Positions 49,269 through 58,983 of a stretch of 64,000 nt of DNA are shown in pieces. The stretch comes from an uncultured candidate division Zixibacteria bacterium. Its GTDB lineage: Bacteria; Zixibacteria; MSB-5A5; GN15; FEB-12. Every line of letters starts with the position of its first letter. Position 1 is the stretch's first letter. The notes under the pieces were generated by a model that searched no databases, was not told the origin of the DNA, and worked only from the letters and a program-made list of their open reading frames with translations. The stretch is taken from the NCBI GenBank assembly GCA_963664195.1, contig OY760907.1, positions 32,001 through 96,000 on the forward strand, read 5' to 3'. The position numbers and the translations under genes were made by a program.

Positions 49269-50004
49269 TGCAACGACAACCCAGAAGCCAAAGACGGGTC
49301 TTTTCGGAAAGGTGCGTAGCATCTGCACTTTTGTGAAGTACAATGCGGTTAACGTTTTTGCGGGCAAATTCATCTACTTCATGCTTCTCGGCCTGGCCCT
49401 GTTTCTGATGACAGTCGTGATCTACGTGCTAAACGAAGAAGCCCCCCCGAGCGCCGAGGCAGTGTATTACTTCCTGCTGGTTCCGGGCGTGCTGTTGGTC
49501 TTCTATCCCTCGGTCTATTCGATACAGAGCGATGTCGACTCGCGCATGATTGAGACGCTGTTTGGTATTCCCGATTATCGCTACAAAGTCTGGCTGGTTA
49601 GAAATCTGACACAGTACCTGGTGATCGCCGGCTTGCTGACGGCGTTGGGATTGTTGAGTCAGTTGGCGCTAGCAAATTTCAGCATCGTGCCGATGGTCTT
49701 CCACCTGATGTTCCCGATCGTATTCCTGAGCAGCACCGCGTTCATGACCGCCACTCTGACGCGCAACGGCAACGGCACTGCGGTGGTGATGGTCCTGGTC
49801 ATTCTGTTCTTCTGGATTGCGGCAGAACCGCTCGATGGCAGCCGATGGAACCTGTTTCACAATCCGTTCGAGCTTGCCGACCAGCTTGACACGTTCCTGA
49901 TTGAGGAGACAACGTTGTACAACCGCATTTATCTTCTCGTGGGGTCGGCGCTGGCGATGCTGTTTGGGCTGCTGAGGCTTCAGAAGCGCGAGAAGTTTGT
50001 ATAG
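49261..50004 (+). CDS. ~6-TM membrane protein, ABC-2 permease-like
   Basis: Overlaps stop of fusion gene; hydrophobic segments; DVDSRMIETLF..P resembles the ABC-2 coupling-helix region. Confidence 0.65.
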   Translation: MTSATTTQKPKTGLFGKVRSICTFVKYNAVNVFAGKFIYFMLLGLALFLMTVVIYVLNEEAPPSAEAVYYFLLVPGVLLVFYPSVYSIQSDVDSRMIETLFGIPDYRYKVWLVRNLTQYLVIAGLLTALGLLSQLALANFSIVPMVFHLMFPIVFLSSTAFMTATLTRNGNGTAVVMVLVILFFWIAAEPLDGSRWNLFHNPFELADQLDTFLIEETTLYNRIYLLVGSALAMLFGLLRLQKREKFV

Positions 50005-50110
50005 ACCTGTACTCCTTACGAGCTTATGCTACACGGTTCCCGAAAATACAGCGGCAAATGTTCGGTGCCCCGCAGCTTGCGGCGGGGTTTGCCACGGCTG
50101 GTCTCAGCCC

Positions 50111-53100
50111 CTACTCCAGGTCCAGCAACAGCTCCTCCACTGCTCGCACCAGTTGAGGGTCGCGCCCGTTCATCATGTCGTCCGGGAGGTTCTCCACCAG
50201 AATGTCCGGGTAGCGCGGCGTCAGATCGGTGTCCTCCATCTCTGTCGTAAGAGCGGCGGTCGAGGGCCGTCGAATGCGGGTACCATCGATAAGCGTGTAC
50301 GAGCCGGTGCCAATCACATACCCCGCAGTTGGTTCGCCGACAATCTTGCCAAGTTTGAGCTTGCGGAATCCTTCGGCAAAAATCTCTGCATTCGAAAATG
50401 AGTAATTGTTGATCAAACAGGCCATCGGGCGCTCAAACGCCTTCGATCTGTACTTGTTCTCCGAAGTTGGAGGCAGCCCCCTGAAAGCACGCATAATATA
50501 CGGAGACTTCACCAGCGTGCCCAGAATGTGCACCGAGGTCCACCCGCCACCGTTGTTGCGGACATCAATGAGCATGCCCTCTTTTTCCCCCGCCAGCGAT
50601 ACTAGTTCCTCTTCAAAGCGATCAAGCGAGATCTGGTCCATAGAGCGAACGTGCAGATATGCAATCCTGCCGCCAGAAAGCGAATCCACCATGCGGCGAC
50701 GCTCGGCGACCCAATGCTCGTAGGCAAGGTTGCGGAGGCCGCCGAGTGAGGTCGGCTTAACATACAAGTCCGTGGTCGAACCGTCGGGCGAATCGCTGAT
50801 GCTCAGCCGCACCCGCTTGCCGATAGTCCCCTCGAGCAGTTTGAAGAGATTCGTCTCGCGCGTGAGCCTGATTCCGTCGACAGCGATCAAGTACTGCCCA
50901 ACACGAATGCCCTCGAGCGCCGCCGGTGATTCCTCGAACACGCTCGATATCCTAAACACGCCGTCGCTATTCAATAGCCGACTGTCGAAATCCATCCCCA
51001 GATACCCCGTTCGTTCTGTCGCCTCTGTTGTGGGCGCACTCGAATAGATGTTCAGATGCGAGGCCCTGAGTTCGCCCATCAGTTCCAAATCGAGATTGCG
51101 GAACTCCTCCTGCGTGCGGATGTGGTCTACAACCGGACGGTACTTCTCCCGCACCGCGTCCCAATCGGTCCCGTGGAAAGTTGAGTCGTAGAAGTAGCTG
51201 TTGAGCGTCTGCCAGGTCTCCTCGTATTTCTGGCGATTGTTGGCAACACGATCTATATCCATCACCGCCGTAAACGACAGCGTTTCAACTTTTCCTTTTT
51301 CGATGTCACACGTCTTGATCTTCCCGCCTTCGAGAAAATAGAGGCTTTGGGAATCTGACGTCACCGTCAATTGCGACTTGGTGCCGGAAGAACTCGTCAA
51401 CTGCTCAAGCTCGGGGTCGTCCTCGGTGTTGACGGTCCAAATCTGCGACTCACCGAGCAGGTTGGAAACAAACGCATACTTCTTGCCGTCCGGCGTGAGC
51501 ACCGGCCAATTGCTGGAGGCTTCGAGATGGAACGCGAGGTGGCGACGTTTCTGTATGTCGTCGAAATCGATAACGATATTGTCGATATCTCTCTTGTCGT
51601 CGGCTTTTGCGCCGTCCGTCTGTTTCTCTTTGTCTTCTTCAAAGAACAGACTGTCGAACGAAGATTCGTAGAACTCGGCAGGCTCGTGGACGAGATTGAC
51701 TTCGTACGTCTCTTCACCATCGCGCCCGCCCGAGGTGAAGTACGCTTTTTTGCCGTCGGCGGAGAACCGTGGACGCTGGTTCCAACCGACAAACCGCGAG
51801 ACATTCTGCGGTATAGAGTCTTTTAGGCTGACCGCGTAGATATCCATCTGGTGACTTTCGGCCGCCATGGTGAATAGAAGCCATTTTGAATCGGCTGACC
51901 AGTCGTATTCGCGGGACATTTCCAGGGCCATATCGAGGAAGGCACCTTTCACCCACACGACCTCAATCCCGCTCTCCAAATCATACCGAATCAGACGATC
52001 AAGCCCGCGCTGATAGACAAGATAACGACCATCGGGCGACGGAACGGGTTTGACCTCGTTTTCGGTCGACTCGGTCAAGCGAGTCTCTCGGCCGGTGGTA
52101 ACGTCTGCTGAGAACACGTCGTAGTTGCCGTGGCGATCCGAACAGTAGTAGACCGTTTTTGAGTCCTTTCCCCAGATGACAAACTTTTCACGGGCCGGCG
52201 TATCAGTCACACGGATGCCATCCTTCGGATCCTCGGCGGGCAGGACAAAAACCTCTCCGTGGATGATCCCAGCGATTTTCTTTTCGTCAGGCGACAGCGA
52301 GTACCATTCGACGGAGCCAGTGAATTCCTTGCGTTCGACAAGATTGTCCCGCTCGTCTGTCCTGAGGCGAATGGGGATCTGCCGCGGAGATCCTTCCGAG
52401 GGATCGAGCGTCCAAATCTTGAATCCCTGCTCGAAAACAAGCATGGTGCCCTGCGGATTCGAATTCAGGAACTGGACGCCATCGCCGGTGAAATCGGTGA
52501 TCGCTGTGGCCTCTCCCCCGGCAAGCGGTTTCTTCCATATCTGTGCCCACTCACCTCTTGTTGAAACGAAGTACAGCTCGCCTCGTTCTTCATTTAGCAC
52601 CGGCCAGAGATCGTGATTCTCATAATCGGTCAAACGCTGCGATGTAAACTCGTCTTTGGTTCGGTCCAGCAGAAAAATATCGGCATTGCCGCCAACTTTG
52701 AGATCGCGGCGGTACCAGGCCGATAAACCGCTCCCATTGTTGAACAAGAGGCCCTTGCCGTCAGAGGTGATTCGCCCGCCGTATTCGTACGCCTGCTCGT
52801 AACCGGTCAGCGCAATTGGCATCCCCCCGGTGACAGATATTTTGCAGATGTCCGTGCGGCGCCCGCGGTAGGTGCTGAACACGACGCTGTCGCTTCCGGG
52901 GAACCATCCGCTGCCAATATCCGTGCCTGAGTTGTAGGTCAGACGCGTCGGCACACCGCCAACAGACGGCATGACATAGACATCGTAGTTGTTGTGACGC
53001 CGTGACGAGAACAGAATCATACTGCCGTCGGGAGAGAAATGAGGCTGAACGTCCTCGGCCTCATGTACGGTCAGGCGCGTGGCCTCTCCCCCCTGAGCGG

Positions 53101-53260
53101 GTACGGTCCAGATATCCCCCCGGTAGGTAAAGGCAATCGTGCTGCCGTCGGGCGAGAGAGCTGGATACCGGGCGTAGAGGATTTCATCGGCGAAGACGTT
53201 TCCTACCGGAATCACAGACAGGACTAACAGGACGGCGAAAAAGCACAGCATTGACTTCAC
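50111..53260 (-). CDS. Tricorn-like S41 peptidase (beta-propellers, PDZ, S41 core), secreted
   Basis: RYPALSPDG, PD40 repeats, GELRASH, DVRNNGGG, FSNAE, G..VG..TAG; GTG 53260 after GGAG. Confidence 0.9.
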   Translation of the reverse strand: MKSMLCFFAVLLVLSVIPVGNVFADEILYARYPALSPDGSTIAFTYRGDIWTVPAQGGEATRLTVHEAEDVQPHFSPDGSMILFSSRRHNNYDVYVMPSVGGVPTRLTYNSGTDIGSGWFPGSDSVVFSTYRGRRTDICKISVTGGMPIALTGYEQAYEYGGRITSDGKGLLFNNGSGLSAWYRRDLKVGGNADIFLLDRTKDEFTSQRLTDYENHDLWPVLNEERGELYFVSTRGEWAQIWKKPLAGGEATAITDFTGDGVQFLNSNPQGTMLVFEQGFKIWTLDPSEGSPRQIPIRLRTDERDNLVERKEFTGSVEWYSLSPDEKKIAGIIHGEVFVLPAEDPKDGIRVTDTPAREKFVIWGKDSKTVYYCSDRHGNYDVFSADVTTGRETRLTESTENEVKPVPSPDGRYLVYQRGLDRLIRYDLESGIEVVWVKGAFLDMALEMSREYDWSADSKWLLFTMAAESHQMDIYAVSLKDSIPQNVSRFVGWNQRPRFSADGKKAYFTSGGRDGEETYEVNLVHEPAEFYESSFDSLFFEEDKEKQTDGAKADDKRDIDNIVIDFDDIQKRRHLAFHLEASSNWPVLTPDGKKYAFVSNLLGESQIWTVNTEDDPELEQLTSSSGTKSQLTVTSDSQSLYFLEGGKIKTCDIEKGKVETLSFTAVMDIDRVANNRQKYEETWQTLNSYFYDSTFHGTDWDAVREKYRPVVDHIRTQEEFRNLDLELMGELRASHLNIYSSAPTTEATERTGYLGMDFDSRLLNSDGVFRISSVFEESPAALEGIRVGQYLIAVDGIRLTRETNLFKLLEGTIGKRVRLSISDSPDGSTTDLYVKPTSLGGLRNLAYEHWVAERRRMVDSLSGGRIAYLHVRSMDQISLDRFEEELVSLAGEKEGMLIDVRNNGGGWTSVHILGTLVKSPYIMRAFRGLPPTSENKYRSKAFERPMACLINNYSFSNAEIFAEGFRKLKLGKIVGEPTAGYVIGTGSYTLIDGTRIRRPSTAALTTEMEDTDLTPRYPDILVENLPDDMMNGRDPQLVRAVEELLLDLE

Positions 53261-53297
53261 AACAGACTCCGCAAGTGAGAGATGATCGTTTCCACAC

Positions 53298-53375
53298 AAG
53301 GTAATCTCAAATGTGGCGGTGTCAACGGTTTCAATCACACGTTCACTTGACCTCGCCTCCGAATTGACGTAGTAT
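53298..53375. promoter_or_regulatory. Back-to-back sigma70 promoters (tricorn / tldD)
   Basis: Minus: TTGACA(53320-25)-16-TACCTT. Plus: TTGACC(53347-52)-17-TAGTAT. Confidence 0.55.
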
Positions 53376-53421
53376 TAGCACTATATGTTTCCTTGAATCT
53401 CTTCCAGTGAAGTGGAGTCCA

Positions 53422-54864
53422 ATGAAAGCTCGACTCAAAGAATGTATCGACTACCTTTGCAGCAAAGGCGTGGATTACGCCGACTGCCGGTATGTCAGAT
53501 GTGAAAAGGAATCGATCCGCGTGTCTAACGGCAACGTGGATGCGATCACTCGTAATCTCGATGTCGGAGTTGGCATCAGAGTGCTCGTCGGCGGAGCCTG
53601 GGGCTTTGCCGGCACGGCGGCGTTGAAGACATCCGACCTGAAGAGAACCGCCAACCTTGCGGTGCAGATCGCGAAAGCGTCAGCCGTCGTGAAGTTTGAG
53701 CCGGTCGTTCTCGCTGACCAGAAACCCTTTGTCGATCACTACCGCACCAGGGTAAGGAGAGACCCGTTCGGAGTCGCCATGGACGACAAAACCGGGCTGC
53801 TGGTGCAAACGTGCGAAATCTTGAAGAAGTCCAGGAAGATCAAAACGGCCGAAGCGTCGATGGGATTCTTCAAAACCAACAAGTTGTTCGTCTCAACCGA
53901 GGGCGCTGAGATCGAGCAGGATATCATTGAATCCGGTGGCGGGTTCAATGCTGTGGCGTTCGACGGCAGGGTCGCGCAGAAACGGTCCTATCCGAACTCA
54001 TTTGGCGGCGACTTCGCCACTCGTGGCTACGGGTTCATAGAGGAGCAGCGTTTTCTCGACGAGGCCGAGCGCGTTCGGGAGGAGGCAATCGAATTGCTGA
54101 CCGCTGCGGACTGCCCGGACACGACAACGACCATCATTATCGGCGGCCCCATGATGGCTCTGCAGGTGCACGAGTCATGCGGGCATCCGACTGAGCTGGA
54201 CCGCGTTCTCGGAACAGAGATTTCCCTGGCCGGTGGTTCGTTCATGACGGTCGACAAGCTCCGCAAACTCAAGTACGGCTCGGATATTGTCAGCATCACA
54301 GCCGACGCTACCATTCCCGGCGGGTTGGGAACATTCGGATACGATGACGAAGGTGTCAAGGCACAGCGTACACCCATTATCAAAAACGGTCTGTTTGTCG
54401 GTTACCTTTCAAGCCGTGAAACGGCGCCGGTTATCAAACGCAAATCCAATGGGACGATGCGGGCCGACGGTTGGAATCGTCTGCCGATAATTCGCATGAC
54501 GAACATCAATCTCGAGCCGGGCGATTGGGAACTCGATGACCTCATCGCAGACACGAAAAAAGGCATCTATTTTGATCTGAACAAGAGCTGGTCTATCGAC
54601 GACAAGCGGTTGAACTTCCAGTTTGGAGTCGAAGCCGCACGTGAGATCAAAAACGGCAAACTCGGCCGGATGCTCAAGAACGCAACGTACACCGGTATCA
54701 CGCCCGAGTTCTGGAATTCCTGCGACGCTATCTGTAACGAGAAACACTGGCGCGTCTGGGGCGTGCCCAATTGCGGCAAAGGAGAACCGATGCAGACGGC
54801 ACACGTCGCCCACGGTACCTCGCCAGCCCGCTTCCGCAACGTAAGAGTGGGGGTGACGAAATGA
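53422..54864 (+). CDS. tldD: TldD metalloprotease
   Basis: HESCGHPTELD, YDDEG, RMTNINL, CGKGEP. Confidence 0.92.
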   Translation: MKARLKECIDYLCSKGVDYADCRYVRCEKESIRVSNGNVDAITRNLDVGVGIRVLVGGAWGFAGTAALKTSDLKRTANLAVQIAKASAVVKFEPVVLADQKPFVDHYRTRVRRDPFGVAMDDKTGLLVQTCEILKKSRKIKTAEASMGFFKTNKLFVSTEGAEIEQDIIESGGGFNAVAFDGRVAQKRSYPNSFGGDFATRGYGFIEEQRFLDEAERVREEAIELLTAADCPDTTTTIIIGGPMMALQVHESCGHPTELDRVLGTEISLAGGSFMTVDKLRKLKYGSDIVSITADATIPGGLGTFGYDDEGVKAQRTPIIKNGLFVGYLSSRETAPVIKRKSNGTMRADGWNRLPIIRMTNINLEPGDWELDDLIADTKKGIYFDLNKSWSIDDKRLNFQFGVEAAREIKNGKLGRMLKNATYTGITPEFWNSCDAICNEKHWRVWGVPNCGKGEPMQTAHVAHGTSPARFRNVRVGVTK

Positions 54865-56213
54865 TTGGAAAAGAAAAACTGATCGCCAAGTTGGAAAAGG
54901 TGATGGCGTTTTCAAAGGCCGAGCAGACCGAAATCGTCTTCATCGGCAACGAGTCCGGCCTCACGCGCTACGCCAACTCGATTATCCATCAGAACGTGCA
55001 CGAGACAAACTTCCAGGTCTTCTTCAGATCACTTGTCGGCAGACAGACGGGAGTGGCCTCGACCAATTCCATGAATGTGGCCGACCTAAAGAAGACGCTC
55101 GCGGATTCGTTGGAAATCGCCCGTAAACAACCGGACAATCCGCTGGCTCCCGATCTGCCGAAGCCGGCCAGGTACAAAGACATTAACACTTTCGACGACG
55201 CGACCGCACGTTTCACACCGCATGGACGCGCAAAACAAGTCAAGAAAATCATCTCGGAGGCCACTCGTAAGAACTTCACCATGGCGGGCGCGTTCTCGAC
55301 ATCTCAATCTGAAATCGCTGTCGTGAACTCGCGCGGCGTGCGGACGTATCAGCCTGTGACGGCGGCCACAGTCAATATGATTGCCATGTCAGACGATTCC
55401 TCCGGGTATGCTTCGGCGACTTCAAGACGAGTGAGTGATCTCGACGTAGTACGGCTGGCGCAAACGGCGGTCGAGAAGTGTGATCGCTCGCGGAATCCGA
55501 TCTCAATTGAGCCGGGCGATTACGAAGTGCTCCTTGAGCCGGCGGCCATTGCCGAGATGCTGGAGTGGTTGAACTATGTCGGTCTGGGATCGAAATCCTA
55601 CCAGAACAAAATGTCGTTCTTGTCTGGAAAGATTGGCAAAAGGATTACTTCAAACCAGGTGACTTTGTACGACGACGGGCTGGACATACGTTCAAATGCC
55701 TTCCCATTTGATTTCGAGGGCGTCCCGCGCAAGAAGGTCTATTTCGTGAAGGACGGCGTAGCAATGGGGGTTGTCCACGACCTGGCTTCGGCGATAAAGG
55801 CCAAGACAAAAACGACCGGCCACGCCATCACCCCCGGAGAGAGGGATCAAGGGGCATACGGATTGAACCTGTTTATGGCGCCGGGTAAGGCGGACCGTGC
55901 GAAAATGCTCTCAAACGTCAAGAAGGGCATACTTGTGACGAGGTTCCATTACTTGAACGGGATGATTGATCCGCGCAACTCAGTGCTGACCGGAATGACC
56001 CGCGATGGCACATTCCTCATCGAGAACGGCGAGATTGTCTCCGGGATCAAGAACCTCCGGTTCACGGATTCGTTCACCCGTGCATTTAAGACGGTGAAGG
56101 CGATTTCGAAGCAGACAGAGAGAGTAGACACATGGTGGAGCGCGGTTGGCTGCATGACCGTGCCTGCGGTGCACCTTGGTTCATTTAAGTTTACCGGCAA
56201 GACGGACTTCTAG
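54861..56213 (+). CDS. TldE/PmbA family partner subunit
   Basis: ATGA-coupled to tldD; TRYANS.IHQN, FDFEG, TGMTRDG, no HExxxH. Confidence 0.88.
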   Translation: MIGKEKLIAKLEKVMAFSKAEQTEIVFIGNESGLTRYANSIIHQNVHETNFQVFFRSLVGRQTGVASTNSMNVADLKKTLADSLEIARKQPDNPLAPDLPKPARYKDINTFDDATARFTPHGRAKQVKKIISEATRKNFTMAGAFSTSQSEIAVVNSRGVRTYQPVTAATVNMIAMSDDSSGYASATSRRVSDLDVVRLAQTAVEKCDRSRNPISIEPGDYEVLLEPAAIAEMLEWLNYVGLGSKSYQNKMSFLSGKIGKRITSNQVTLYDDGLDIRSNAFPFDFEGVPRKKVYFVKDGVAMGVVHDLASAIKAKTKTTGHAITPGERDQGAYGLNLFMAPGKADRAKMLSNVKKGILVTRFHYLNGMIDPRNSVLTGMTRDGTFLIENGEIVSGIKNLRFTDSFTRAFKTVKAISKQTERVDTWWSAVGCMTVPAVHLGSFKFTGKTDF

Positions 56214-56236
56214 AAGCGTAAATGCGGCAAACAGAT

Positions 56237-56274
56237 ACGGCAGGTACTCAAATGGGAGTGCCTGCCGTTTTCTT
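56237..56274 (+). terminator. Intrinsic terminator after tldE/pmbA
   Basis: ACGGCAGGTACTC-aaatgg-GAGTGCCTGCCGT then TTTCTT. Confidence 0.75.
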
Positions 56275-56282
56275 GCCCCGGA

Positions 56283-56450
56283 ATCGTAGGCGAAACCCAA
56301 CGCAGCGAGTTGCCTGCGATTTCGACTTCCAATGTCAGAACCGCGGGGATTCTGACCTACAATCTTTCCAATATCAGGGTCGCAGGGGTTCCAACCTGCA
56401 ATTCACTGACGGTCCCATCGTCAGGCCAGAAGACAGGCCTGACCTACGAT
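56283..56450. repeat. Cluster of GTAG-type REP-like palindromes (BIME-like)
   Basis: Minus strand GTAG-GTCAGAA..TTCTGAC (56334-56360) and GTAG-GTCAGGCC..GGCCTGAC (56420-56447), a degenerate copy between them; cluster bracketed by ATCGTAGG/CCTACGAT. Confidence 0.7.
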
Positions 56451-56472
56451 TCAATCACGGTCCGGCACAATC

Positions 56473-57966
56473 TCACTCGCCCGGTTTCGGGCGACGGTAG
56501 TTCACACCCAGGGCATCCAGCCTTTTCAAGTGGTCGTTCAACCGCATACGGAAGTCTGCATAGTCCCGATGCTCGGGACGCATCCACAAAGCCTCGGCCA
56601 TCGCACAGATACGGGGTACCGTCATATATTCAACATGACGATAATCCGACATCTGCTCGGTCCAGACATTCCCCTGACCACCAAGTATGTGTTTCGCTTC
56701 ATCGGGAGAAAGCTCAGACGGAGTCGGTTCGAATCCGTAAACGGTCTTCAGCGGGAGATAGGCGTTGAATGCTTCTGGTTCTCCCTGCTTGGCCTGATAG
56801 TAATCGAAGTAGCAGTGCGAAGTCGGCGTCATCACTACATCGTGTCCTTCTCTTGCGGCGCGAATACCACCCTCTACCCCGCGCCAGGACATGACAGCCG
56901 CACCGTCAGGTAGACCGCCTTCGAGGATCTCATCCCAGCCAATCAGTCTGCGACCGTGCTCGTGGAGCCAGCGACCGACTCGCCCGATAAAATAACTCTG
57001 GATATCATCCTGATCGGCAAGATCTTCCTGTCGCAATCGTTCATGACATCGAGTGCACTGCTTCCATCGAACTTTCGGACATTCATCGCCGCCGATGTGC
57101 ACATATTCGCCGGGGAATAGAGCGAGCACTTCGGTCAGTACATCCTGCAGAAACTGAAACGTCTTCTCGTTCCCGGCGCAGTAGACATCATTGAACACGC
57201 CCCATTCGTTCGGCACCGAATGAGCCTGACCGGTACAGGATAGTTCCGGATATGCTGCGAGTGCTGCACGGGCGTGCCCCGGGAGTTCGATTTCAGGAAC
57301 GACGGTAATAAACCGCTCTGCGGCGTAGGCAACGATTTCGCGAATTTCCTCCTGCGTGTAGAAGCCCCCGTACGGCCTGCCGTCATCTTCCGTCCGCCAG
57401 GCGCCAACCTCAGTGAGTAGTGGATACTTCTCGATTTCGATTCGCCAGCCCTGATCATCGGTCAGGTGCCAGTGGAAAACGTTCATCTTGTGCATTGCGA
57501 GCAGATCGAGGTATCTCTTGATTTCCTCGATTGAGAAGAAGTGTCTGCTGACATCAAGGTGCATCCCTCGCCAGGCATACCTGGGGGCATCTTTGATGCT
57601 GACGAGCGGAATAGCTGCTTCGTCGTTGGCTGTGAGGCCGAGCAGTGTCTGAACGGCATAGAACAAGTCGCGGGGCGACGCCCCGACCAGCGAGACAGAA
57701 TCGAGAGAGACGTCCAGGCAATACCCTTCTTTGACGGCGGCATCAACCGAAAGTTCAATGTGCCTGTCCGCCATGTCTGGCTCGGACAGTATGAGATTCA
57801 GATGCGTTGCGATTTGCTTGCGGAAGTAATCCGCGATACTCTGATTGTCTGGTTCATTCCCCTTGAGGCGAATCGCTACATCCGAGTCAAGCTGGAAACA
57901 ACCCTCCCCCGCCTTGCACGTTACGGGAGCCGGAATGATACTGATCCGTTGACCGCAACGACTCAT
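56473..57966 (-). CDS. GH20 beta-N-acetylhexosaminidase (no signal peptide)
   Basis: WRGMHLDVSRHF, HWHLTDDQGWR, HIGGDE, GWDE, WTE. Confidence 0.95.
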   Translation of the reverse strand: MSRCGQRISIIPAPVTCKAGEGCFQLDSDVAIRLKGNEPDNQSIADYFRKQIATHLNLILSEPDMADRHIELSVDAAVKEGYCLDVSLDSVSLVGASPRDLFYAVQTLLGLTANDEAAIPLVSIKDAPRYAWRGMHLDVSRHFFSIEEIKRYLDLLAMHKMNVFHWHLTDDQGWRIEIEKYPLLTEVGAWRTEDDGRPYGGFYTQEEIREIVAYAAERFITVVPEIELPGHARAALAAYPELSCTGQAHSVPNEWGVFNDVYCAGNEKTFQFLQDVLTEVLALFPGEYVHIGGDECPKVRWKQCTRCHERLRQEDLADQDDIQSYFIGRVGRWLHEHGRRLIGWDEILEGGLPDGAAVMSWRGVEGGIRAAREGHDVVMTPTSHCYFDYYQAKQGEPEAFNAYLPLKTVYGFEPTPSELSPDEAKHILGGQGNVWTEQMSDYRHVEYMTVPRICAMAEALWMRPEHRDYADFRMRLNDHLKRLDALGVNYRRPKPGE

Positions 57967-58976
57967 TTCTCCCGGCCCACCAAATAGCTCGAGATCCGCC
58001 AGTAACCGTGATTGCCCTCTTCGTCTTTCGGACGGATGTCCTCTATCATGAATCGAATAGTATGTTCACCGGGCGTGAGATGGTCCGTCAGATCAAGTTC
58101 CATCGGTTCTACCATATCCCCCGGACACCAGCCGCTCCGCGAATAATCGGAGGACCAGTTGCCGTCGGACCAGCGTCTACAATACGGGTTGACTTCGCGG
58201 AACTGACGGCAGTCATCGCGCCAGGGTCGGTACCGATAGACCACGCGACCGTCGACACAAATCACATTGTCCTTCGGCACGAATTCGTCGGCGCCACGGC
58301 CATCGGTACAGTGTCCGGACACGAGATAGTTGAGAAGAACTCGGTCCGCACCCTCAGGCACCACGATGGTAGTTTGCACACCACTGTCGCCCATGCTCTC
58401 GCGATTGACTGACTGCTCGAACATGAGCGGCAGAGCCCACACCGGGTTGCGCCATTCCTCCAGGGGTTCGTACTTGAGAGAGAAGTCGACGTGCCAGCCC
58501 GGAGTGACCCAGGTATCGATGAAGGCATTGATCGTACACCCGCCCGTCAACAGCGGCAACAGATGAGTGACATCGACATCGTACGTTGAAGGTCCCCCAT
58601 ACGCCGTCATGAATTTGATTATCTCGACTTCGGGGAAACCGTTTTGCCAAAGGCGAACGCTTCCTGCCCGATCCCAGCTGTCATACATAAACTGCTCATC
58701 TTTGGGGATCGGGCGGATCTCGAGATGAGCCGTCAGTTTCACCGGCTGCTCGTATGCAGGACAGGTAACGGTAGCTTGGATGATCCGTCCGTTGTCGAGC
58801 GCCTTCACGTCGAGCGTGTCATACCGGTCAGGTTCGTCGGGTGTGAAGTGAATCGTATTGTTGTTGAACACATCAACGACAGTCGGCTGAACAGCAGAGC
58901 CGCACACCGACAAAATCAACAGCATCGACGCGATTGGTACCGCAACATTCTTGAACGTTGTCATGATATCTGTCAT
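57963..58976 (-). CDS. Peptide-N-glycosidase F-like protein, exported
   Basis: Signal-like N-terminus; WDRAG, E..KFMTAYG, GH...ADEF, SRSGWCPG. Confidence 0.8.
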   Translation of the reverse strand: MTDIMTTFKNVAVPIASMLLILSVCGSAVQPTVVDVFNNNTIHFTPDEPDRYDTLDVKALDNGRIIQATVTCPAYEQPVKLTAHLEIRPIPKDEQFMYDSWDRAGSVRLWQNGFPEVEIIKFMTAYGGPSTYDVDVTHLLPLLTGGCTINAFIDTWVTPGWHVDFSLKYEPLEEWRNPVWALPLMFEQSVNRESMGDSGVQTTIVVPEGADRVLLNYLVSGHCTDGRGADEFVPKDNVICVDGRVVYRYRPWRDDCRQFREVNPYCRRWSDGNWSSDYSRSGWCPGDMVEPMELDLTDHLTPGEHTIRFMIEDIRPKDEEGNHGYWRISSYLVGREK

Positions 58977-58983
58977 CCCGAGG

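Noticed and set aside
56222..56768. Plus-strand ORFs 56222..56500 and 56310..56768
   Set aside because: They run through a terminator, the REP cluster and the antisense of the GH20 gene
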